DNA of 63,503 nt, counting the filler, from Octopus bimaculoides (taxonomy: Eukaryota), in assembly GCF_001194135.2 (NCBI RefSeq). It is 11 parts of 11 records of this genome, joined end to end, with 100 filler letters (N's around TTAATTAATTAA, not from the genome) between each part and the next. Parts side by side here need not be neighbours in the genome. Positions count along the whole stretch, not along the records: positions 50,885 to 58,098 come from NC_068981.1; positions 58,199 to 61,354 come from NC_068982.1; positions 61,455 to 63,503 come from NW_026309525.1; 8 more parts are not named here. The stretch is one strand, 5' to 3'. Positions 55,046 to 63,503 of this stretch are shown one piece after another. The position numbers and the translations under genes were made by a program. The notes beneath the pieces were generated by a model. It did not search any database, was not told where the DNA came from, and saw only the letters and a list, made by a program, of their open reading frames with translations. The first letter of the stretch is position 1. Each line of letters opens with the position of its first letter.

Positions 55046-55113
55046 AGGTAGTGTATATATGTATGTATGTGCGCATGTATGTATGTATATATGTATGTGT
55101 ATGTAATTCATAC

Positions 55114-55191
55114 CTAGTGTCTCCAGCTCTAAATCCTCTGTCTCCTCAGCCTCGGACTCTAACTCTTCTGGTATCGCATTCTCTTCAAATT
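55114..55191 (-). CDS. 78-nt acidic repeat exon, copy A, unknown gene
   Basis: ccatttctctag / GTATGA; phase 1-1; (E)FEENAIPEELESEAEETEDLELETL. Confidence 0.75.
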
Positions 55192-55309
55192 CTAGAGAAA
55201 TGGAAAGGAAAACTTTTACATAAAATTTCAATATCAAATATTTCAAGTTTTCTATGCTATTTGAGACTGTATATAAAATACATTCACAATCATAGAAAGT
55301 ATGTGATGT

Positions 55310-55376
<67 letters not shown>

Positions 55377-55423
55377 ATATATGTTGGGATATACGTGTGT
55401 ATATATGTATATGTAATTCATAC

Positions 55424-55501
55424 CCGGTGTCTCCATTTCTAAATTTTCCATCTCTTCGGCCTCAGCCTCTAACTCTTCTGGTATCGTATACTCTTCGAAT
55501 G
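55424..55501 (-). CDS. 78-nt acidic repeat exon, copy B, unknown gene
   Basis: ccatttctctag / GTATGA; phase 1-1; (A)FEEYTIPEELEAEAEEMENLEMETP. Confidence 0.75.
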
Positions 55502-55954
55502 CTAGAGAAATGGAATGGATGAAATATTTTATATTAAATTATAAATAATAAATATTTACAATATCAGAATATTTATGTACAAGTAGTTCGAAATCTGCAG
55601 CTTGTTTAACCTCATAAAATCTTCATATTACAAATAATCATTCCAACTCTTGGATCTATTCCATTTCAATCACACTGTTTAGTTTAAAAAAGAAATTAAT
55701 TAAAAACTCTGATTGAGATGGGTCCCAACACTTTGTTGTGTTAGTGGATACTTCGTTGACAAATTTTTCTGCAAAGTGATCGCGTAAACATATAATTTAC
55801 AAATACAGACCATTACCGCCACCATTACAATCATCATCACCACCACCAATATTCCTGGTAGTATTGATAATAACAGTGACAGAAGGTGCAGCAACATTGG
55901 TAATAGTATTATTATTGGGAGTAGCATTATTTATATTAGTATCAGCAAATAAGG

Positions 55955-56090
55955 AAGAGAGCTGGCAGAATCGTTTGCAAAATGCTTAACGTCATTTCGA
56001 CCGTCTTTACGTTCTGAGTTCAAATTCCGCCGAGGTTGACTATACCTTTCATCCTTTCAGAGTCGATAAAATAAATACCAGTTGATCTTA
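55955..56090 (+). mobile_element. tRNA-derived SINE
   Basis: gagctggcagaatcgtt...gttctgagttcaaattccgccgagg. Confidence 0.8.
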
Positions 56091-56962
56091 AGCTAAAATT
56101 TGAAACCAATATTAGTATCAGAATTGGCTTCAAAAGAAATACAGCAGAAATAGTTGTAGAGGTAGATTTATGAGTATTAGTCAGGATTAATACTAGTCAA
56201 GTGTAGTTACGTTTGGTTTGGTTTCAGTGAGGTTGCGTACAGTATTCTTTATGTTGGTGTATTTAGATATTTTATGTCTATCGTGGAAAGGACATTTTTT
56301 TGTTTGCGTAGTGTTGCTTATCAAGTTACATGGTTTTTATTTTTTATCTGTAATCCTATTGTAAGTACTTAAGATTGAATTATTTTCTTCTACCTTTCTC
56401 TTGTTTCTTAGTCCCTCTTTATCTCTCTCTTTCAATTGTTCTCTTTCTGCTTCCTTTTCAAAATACTTATAAAATGCCTCGGCATCTACTCAACTTTAGA
56501 CATTAGGTATCTGTAACATAATAAATAAAATGCTTTCTGATGATCCATTGTAATTAAGCATCGAATTGCACTTGGAGCAACCGATGCAGAGCTCCAAACG
56601 ACCACACTGGTGAAACGTACGCAGGAACTCATGATACTTTCCTGTCCCTTTCTATATTATGTAACTTGCGAAGTTGTTAATAATATGCACAATAGTAAAA
56701 GTGTATATATGTGGAGCCTTTAACACCTGTTGTATTTATTTCAAGACACTGATAAGGTAAAGTGCAAGACTGCGTGTTTCTACACCTGTTGTGTAATTAT
56801 TACAGCATTTTTCTGAAATGCCGATTTGTTAAATAATTCATTAAATACGATGTTCTGTGCTTAATTATTATTATTTCTATTATTTGACACGTATTCCGCA
56901 CACTGGCCTATCCTTGAAATATCCGTAGGTAATATGGAATGATTTTCAACATTAAGATAGAT

Positions 56963-57010
56963 TCAGAAGAAGAGCTTGCAATGCATTCAAGTGGCTCCTG
57001 CAGTTTCTGT
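56963..57010 (-). pseudogene. Degenerate duplicate of the YCKLF terminal exon
   Basis: gaa act gca gga gcc act TGA atg cat tgc aag ctc ttc ttc tga aligns with gaa agt gaa gga gta tct caa ttg tat tgc aag ctc ttc tga; in-frame premature stop. Confidence 0.55.
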
Positions 57011-57056
57011 ATTCATGATGTATACACAGGCGTATACATACGTGTATAATTCATAC

Positions 57057-57134
57057 CTGGGGTTTCCAGCTCTAAATTCTTCGTCTCCTCAGCCTCAGAC
57101 TCTAATTCCTCTGGTATCGTATTCTCTGCGAATT
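57057..57134 (-). CDS. 78-nt acidic repeat exon, copy C, unknown gene
   Basis: ctgtttctctag acceptor, GTATGA donor; phase 1-1; (E)FAENTIPEELESEAEETKNLELETP. Confidence 0.75.
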
Positions 57135-57569
57135 CTAGAGAAACAGAATGCAGGAAGTTTATTATTCAAATTTTTTATATTTAATGTTTAAAGTGTTTTA
57201 TGCTACTTGAATATTTGAGGCATAATACAAAGACCATGTAAAATTAAACAACACAACTGACATACGGATTTAAATCTATGCTTAACTAGTAAATATCAGA
57301 ATGTTTATGAACAATTACTCCGTCGCAGTTATATCTTTATCTCTCTATCTGTCAATCTATCTATCTATTTGTGTATGTACATGTGTGCGCCTGTGTGTGT
57401 GTGCGTGTATGTGTATGTGTGTGTGAGTGTCTGTGTGTGCGTACAAACACAGAGACACAGTAAGAGAGAAACTGAGATATATAGACAAAAACAGACATTT
57501 TATGGTTTTATGTATGTATCCATTACACATGTGTATATAGTGTGTGTGTATTTGTGTGTGTGCGTATGT

Positions 57570-57890
57570 AACCCCTCATTTGAGCACCATTTTCATCTAC
57601 CGGGTTGTTCAGGTAGTAACACTCCATGACCACAGCATAAATTTGCTTGCTCCATCTACGCCGTGTGTGGTGGTCCCTTTCTGGATATCGACAGGCTGGA
57701 GCCGAACCAGAATCTCTGAGCCTACCGGGTGCAACACTGTCACCATCAATGGCTTCAGTTTCATTACCACAGTTATTCACAATATTTTGTTTTTTTCATT
57801 GTCACTCATATGAGGTATCGATTATCAGGTTGCACAATTACCAGTGTTTTTATTGTGTATCATTAATCAGGACATGGAGAAGCTCCACCC
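57570..57890 (-). mobile_element. 5' end / ORF start of an R4/Dong-like element
   Basis: RRRWSKQIYAVVMECYYLNNPVDENGAQMRGY resembles the N-terminal R.KW......VM.CYY.....RGY motif of R4-clade ORFs. Confidence 0.65.
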
Positions 57891-57899
57891 GCTTCTTTT

Positions 57900-58098
57900 C
57901 ATTATTATTATTATCGTTCAGTAGTTTTATTGTTATAACGTGCTTTCACTTCACTACCGAGCGCAGCTCTGTGTGCCTTGGGCATGTGCTGTGGTTTGCT
58001 GTGATGCTCTTATGGTTACTGTATTGAAAGTGTTTTGCGTAGGATGTGTGCAGTGCCCAGTAGTGCAATTTTCTGTATGTTATATATATTTGTAATTT
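57900..58098 (-). mobile_element. R4/Dong-like 3' end
   Basis: NIQKIALLGTAHILRKTLSIQ* (REL C-terminal LLGTA.ILRK motif), 3'UTR and (TAA)n. Confidence 0.88.
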
Positions 58099-58198
58099 NN
58101 NNNNNNNNNNNNNNNNNNNNNNNNNNNNNNNNNNNNNNNNNNTTAATTAATTAANNNNNNNNNNNNNNNNNNNNNNNNNNNNNNNNNNNNNNNNNNNN

Positions 58199-58257
<59 letters not shown>

Positions 58258-58974
58258 AATAGGAAAAGAAAAAGAGAGGGAGAGGGAAAGAAAAAGAAAT
58301 ACTTAAATGCTGTCAGAGATCTTACAGGCGTCTCTTTCTGCACATTATAAGCTTTGGTTTATTATCATTAAATTAGGATATCTTTATCATAGCATTATTA
58401 TATAAATGTACTGTTTTCACTTTGCTTCATAGCCATGGCACACCACAATTCACTCTCTACTAACTCATCATACACCTCCATAAAGCAAAACTTATCAGAA
58501 ACATGGTTAGGAAAAAAAAAAGAAAAGTGATAACTTAATATTTGCTTCAAAGACAAGAGACAAAATAGACACATTTTGGAAATGGTTTGACTTCATTACT
58601 TTAACATAATCCTTGCTACTCCAAATAAATGTAGACAATTTAACACATACAGAAGAGTTTAATACATGCTTGGTTAGGGGGAATTTGTAAATTATGATGC
58701 CCAAAATAGATACCGTTTCAGTGCTTTGGTCTTTGACTTTGGTAACTTTGAAAGCTGGGATGCAACTTGTCTGTAAAATATAAAAAGAGAAAAATCTCTG
58801 ATTGTATTAACAGGTCATATTTCAACTATGCTATATGCATATTTCTTTAAAATTTGAAAGAATATCTGAACATACATATGCATGCACATGCACATATATA
58901 TGTGTGTATATGTACATGCCTGTAAGTTTGTGTGTGTGTGTGTGTGTGTGTAAGTGTGTGCGCACATATAATCT

Positions 58975-59180
58975 TTTATTTTTTACTTGTTTCAATCATT
59001 AGATTGTGACCATGATGGGACACCACCTTGAAGAATTTCAGTCAAATAAATCAACCCAAGTACTTATTGTTTTTTAAAGTCTGGTACTTATTCTCTCAGT
59101 CACTTTTGTCGAACCACTAAGTTATGGAGATGTAAACTCACTATTACCAGTTGTCAAGCAGTGGTGGAGGACAAACACAG
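58975..59180 (-). mobile_element. SINE 3' half
   Basis: reverse tail as at 2674. Confidence 0.7.
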
Positions 59181-59212
59181 ATACAAAGACACCCACACTG
59201 ATACACATAAAT

Positions 59213-59590
59213 ATGGTTGGCACTCTGCTGGTTACGACGACGAGGATTCCAGTTGATCAGATCAACGAAACAGCCTGCTCATGAAATTAACGTGCAAGTG
59301 GCTGAGCACTCCACAGACACATGTACTCTTAAGGTTGGTCTCAGGGAGATTCAGCGTGACACAGAGTGTGACAAGGCTAGCCCTTTGAAATACAGGTACA
59401 ACAGAAACAGGAAGAAAGAGTGAGAGAGAGTTGTGGTGAAATAGTACAGCAGGGTTCGCCACTACCCTCTGCCAGAGCCTCATGGAACTTTAGGTGTTTT
59501 CGCTCAATAAACACTCACAATGCCCAGTCTGGGAATCAAAACCACAATCCTATGACTGAAAGTCTGCTGCCCTAACCACTGGGCCATTGC
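59213..59590 (-). mobile_element. Long tRNA-derived SINE
   Basis: minus-strand head ggcgcaatggcccagtggttagggcagcagac (A-box-like) followed by a B-box-like segment. Confidence 0.75.
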
Positions 59591-59664
59591 GCCTCCACAC
59601 ACATAGATATACATACATACATACATATATACACACACATATATATACATATATATATATATAT

Positions 59665-60050
59665 ATGGAGGCAATGTGGCTGATGATGGTGTTGCATAAA
59701 TAGCACCCATGCAGGTGGCAAGTGAAAAGCACCTTTTGAGTGTTGGGCCTCACTGAGGCAATGACAAATGACTGAGACCTTCGGCAATATGTTGTGCTTG
59801 AGAAGAAGACACATCAAGTCAAGTGAAATCATAGTCGTGGCAGATACTGGTGCCATGCAACTGGCACCTGTGCCAGTGGCCCATACAAGCACCCATTACA
59901 TTCTCAGAGTGGTTGACATTAGGAAGGGCCATAGAAATCCAGCCAAATAAAACTGGAGTTTGGTGCACCCCCTTAGTTTATCAGCCTTAGTAAAACTGTC
60001 CAATGCATGCCAGCAGGGACAACAGACATTAAAGGATGGTGATGATGTTG
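59665..60050 (+). mobile_element. SINE with RTE-like tail
   Basis: ttaggaagggcc...catgccagca.ggaca.cagacattaaa.gatg. Confidence 0.7.
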
Positions 60051-60070
60051 ATGATATATATATATATATG

Positions 60071-60107
<37 letters not shown>

Positions 60108-60109
60108 CC

Positions 60110-60762
60110 TCTCTCCCTCGTGTTCTGGCCATTAACCCTAACCTTCTCTGCCTTACTCTGTCTCTCTCAATCTCACTCTCTCTCTCCTTCTCCCTCTTTT
60201 GATTACCTCTTGCTTCGCCAGGACTATAAACTAGCACACGCACCCTGATTCTGCCACTCATTCTTAGAACCTCTGCCGAATAAATAAGAACCCAGAATTA
60301 TGACCAGATAAGTTTTCTGTCTTTTCAACCTCACTCATACCCTTCTATTTATGCACTGATTCACAACACCTTACTTAGTGCTTTCCCTATTCTGTCTATT
60401 TCATTACCATGTCGTCAAATTCATTCAGATATTCTTGTTATTCGATTTTAATTTTATCACAGTCACTTATTTCTATAATTCTGTCTTAGATTACCTGACC
60501 GAAAACTCTTATTTTTCAATTCTATATTACTATCATCAACATTTACTGTCTCTTTAAACTATGCAACAGAAATCCCAAAAGAATATCTCTCTCTCTCTCC
60601 CTTGTGTGCTGGCCACTAACCCTAACCGCCTCAGCCTTACTCTGTCTCTCTCGATCTCACTCTCTCTCTCCTCCCTCTTTCGATTACTTCTTGCTTCGCC
60701 AGGACTATAAACTAACGCAGGCACCCCGATACCCCCACTCGACCTTAATACCTTTGCAGCAC
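60110..60762. repeat. Pair of about 170-bp direct repeats (60110-60280 and 60592-60762)
   Basis: both carry ctggcca.taaccctaacc...gccttactctgtctctctc.atctcactctc...tgcttcgccaggactataaact. Confidence 0.85.
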
Positions 60763-60989
60763 TATGCCAGTGGTGCACCCGTCCTCCCACCACCTCCACC
60801 AGTACCAGAAGTTCCTATCCTCTCCACCAGTCCCGGAAGTGCCTGGCTGTCTCCCATGAACACTTCTAAAGGCTTCACCCCCCCACCCCTACTTAGGGTT
60901 TATCTCCTCCTATGTAAGGTAGTGATCATATAGTGCAAAATATGATAGTGCAGTGGATGCAGGTTGAAATGAAGGCTACTGATTGTTTA

Positions 60990-61354
60990 TGAATTCTGCA
61001 AAATGCGAGCTTTCTTTTCAGGTACATGACACTGCTGTTCCCTCTCCCAGGGTCTCATGGGCTCATACCTCCCACACCCTCAGGGTTGGCACTCTCAATG
61101 TCGGCACACTGAAAGGTAAGTCTGGTGAGATTGTTGAGATGCTTGAACGGAGATGTGTCGATATCTGCTGCCTCTAAGAAGTAAGGTGGAGAGGAGGTTC
61201 GGCTAGGTTCCTCACAAGCAAAGAACACAGGTACAAGATTTTCTGGGCAGGGAACACAGACGAGGTCAGGGGCGTGGGTATACTTCTTGCAGAGAAATGG
61301 GTGGATAAGGTAATCGAGGTAGCCAGAGTATGCGATAGAATACTTAAGATTAGA
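60990..61354 (+). mobile_element. RTE-clade LINE, APE endonuclease N-terminus
   Basis: LRVGTLNVGTLKGKSGEIVEMLERRCVDICCL*EVRWRG...GVGILLAEKWVDKVIEVARVCDRI; one stop at the QE position. Confidence 0.9.
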
Positions 61355-62389
61355 NNNNNNNNNNNNNNNNNNNNNNNNNNNNNNNNNNNNNNNNNNNNTT
61401 AATTAATTAANNNNNNNNNNNNNNNNNNNNNNNNNNNNNNNNNNNNNNNNNNNNTAGAGCTTCAGTGGCTTTGGACTTAATTTAACTCTTATTTTAACAT
61501 AAACGGTACTAGCCAGTACTCTCCGTCACTTTTGTGGCTTCTATTAAGATATATATATATATATTAATATATCCACTAATTGTTTCTCCTGCATCTCTCA
61601 CACCATGAACTCTAACATACTCCTCAACATTCTGAAGAGATCTGCCAAACCATTTGGCACATCGAAACGTACGTAAATGACTCATTATATAATCTCCACA
61701 TAATTAAATCAAGGGCTAACTAGCCCAGTTGACTTGCTTCTTCTTGTGTTTGTTTCTCCATTCTCTACATAACTATGTATATATATATATATAAGAAATG
61801 TTCGTGGCCACTTCAACATGGCTATCCGTTCGATAGATAGATAGATAGATAGATAGAAAGATAGATACATACATACATAAATACATACATACATACATAC
61901 ATACAGACAGACATTAGTAAATATATGCATATGATATATGCACACATGTACATGAATATGCATATATACATACATGCACATACATACATGCACATACATA
62001 CATATATACAGCAATGAACTGCCAGCATTTTAACAACCGGTTTAGTGTGCCACAAATACTTTCACACGGAGTCTGTACGAAGGATACCAAACACGGCTAT
62101 AAAACATCGTTTCATATAAATTTCGCTTCGTTCATATAATATTAAATTGGGGCAAAATCTGAAATCCAAAGAAAATAGCATTCAGTGTAGCAGTCAGATT
62201 GTGTGCCACCCGGGTAAGCCTTTAGTTTTAATCCCACACAAACGCACACCCAATAAAAATAGAACACAACACAGCACAAAGAAAAGAGAACACAAAGCGT
62301 CATTTTTTGTGGATAAAAATGCATTTTATGGAGTTTTGTGTTATTTTTATTGTCTAGAAGAAAAATGCAAACTGTATTTTCCATGCGTA

Positions 62390-62545
62390 GACATAGCTCT
62401 GTGGTTATGAAGCTCGTTTTGTAATTGCGTAGTTTCGTGTTCGGTCTCAGTACGGGGTACTTTGTGCGAGCGCCTTCTGCTATAACATTTCACTCATACC
62501 TTCTGATTAAATTTGACTGACGGAAACTGTGTGAAGATCCGTCAC
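62390..62545 (+). mobile_element. Decayed SINE head
   Basis: catagctctgtggttatgaagctc...gttcggtctca. Confidence 0.5.
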
Positions 62546-62576
62546 ACACACACGCGTTCGGCCCCTCTGCTCCATG

Positions 62577-63002
62577 CAGAGCCGGATTAAGACCTATTGA
62601 GGCCCTAAGCACTTATAAGATTTTCGTGCCCCCATAAAAGATTATGTAATTCTTAAAATATAAGCAATAACAAACCATAAAATCAATTTTTATTCTTCAA
62701 AACGAAACAAAACAGTAAGAGGGAAAATAAAGTTTATTTTTGTGTGTTTCCACTTTATATATACTGGAAAAGTTTCCTCCTACATTTTTGAATTGCAAAG
62801 TCTTTGATCAGATCCTCAAAATTAATCTTAGGTAACACATCTGCATCTATACTTAGTAGAGATAAAGGCATCCCGAATATTATTTTAGCAAAGTTTAAAG
62901 TGATTTTTTTTGTGCCGTAAGCCATTTACCATTTCTGTGGTGCCCCCCTCCTTTGATGCTCTAAGCATGTGATTATTTTGCTTTATGGTCAATCCAGCGC
63001 TG
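62577..63002 (-). mobile_element. Non-autonomous hAT element with imperfect TIRs and 8-bp TSD
   Basis: ends cagagccggatta / caatccagcgctg; flanks gctccatg and gttctatg; interior minus-strand LSLLSIDADVLPKINFEDLIKDFAIQKCRRK matches the hAT dimerisation C-terminus. Confidence 0.8.
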
Positions 63003-63503
63003 GTTCTATGTTGAGCCAGTTTCGTAAGATCGCAGCCCGCCTAGTGCAACGTTAATTACGAAGGGTGTCTACAAAGTCGTGCAGTATACAATGGTGCGTT
63101 GTAATGCGGTGTAATGCAGTCTGTTGTGATACGGAGTGGTGCTGTGAGGTGGCTTCAGAAGTGGGGCGGGAAGTGAAGTGAGTGTGCGTGGTGGTGTTGA
63201 GGGAGGTGGGGAGCAGCTGACTTTGGCTCTGTTGTTCGTAGCTTCAACAAGAACGAACAGTAGATGCACAGCGCCAAAACACGAGGCCGGATGTTGGCGG
63301 GAAGAAAAGGAAACGCTTCTGCTTTCATTGCAAATATTATTTGAAGCTGATATCACGTGATATTCTAATGAACATTCGCATGCCTACAAACTGTTGGTCT
63401 CTATGTATACATTTATTACAAATACATACATAAGTACATAATACACACACACATATATATATACATATATATATATTTATATATATATATACATACATAC
63501 ATA

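Noticed and set aside
56570-56640. Short similarity to 61620-61690 (atgagt..cgtacgtttc..tgtg..gtttgg) as a possible 5' exon of the acidic-repeat gene
   Set aside because: The similarity does not extend and no good donor site was found.
59540-59600. tRNA-like sequence
   Set aside because: It is a SINE head; no complete cloverleaf, and it continues into SINE body.

Overview
Eukaryotic, AT-rich, microsatellite-saturated DNA. The SINE families and repeat landscape suggest an octopus (coleoid cephalopod); this is inference. The window is not one natural contig: ten 100-bp N-TTAATTAATTAA-N spacers join at least eleven pieces, so adjacency across them is not synteny. Three spliced coding loci are supported. 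(1) Four phase-compatible exons (11544-14631, +) of a GAP1-family RasGAP of the RASAL1/RASA4 type: C2B domain plus the linker into the GAP domain. (2) Five exons (35192-43974, +) of an unusually divergent Abl-interactor (ABI) gene ending in an SH3 domain, with exon 1 not found. (3) An unrecognised minus-strand locus with three 78-nt tandem-duplicated acidic exons plus a terminal exon ending YCKLF* (54091-57134). The rest is SINEs, fragments of R4/Dong-like, RTE, CR1-like and Tx1-like LINEs, Tc1/mariner/pogo/hAT/Helitron-like remnants, mini/microsatellites and gaps. Almost all ORFs in the supplied track are microsatellite or gap artefacts. No rRNA, bona fide tRNA gene or CRISPR array was seen. 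Repeat boundaries are approximate, and homology calls come from recalled family motifs, not database searches.
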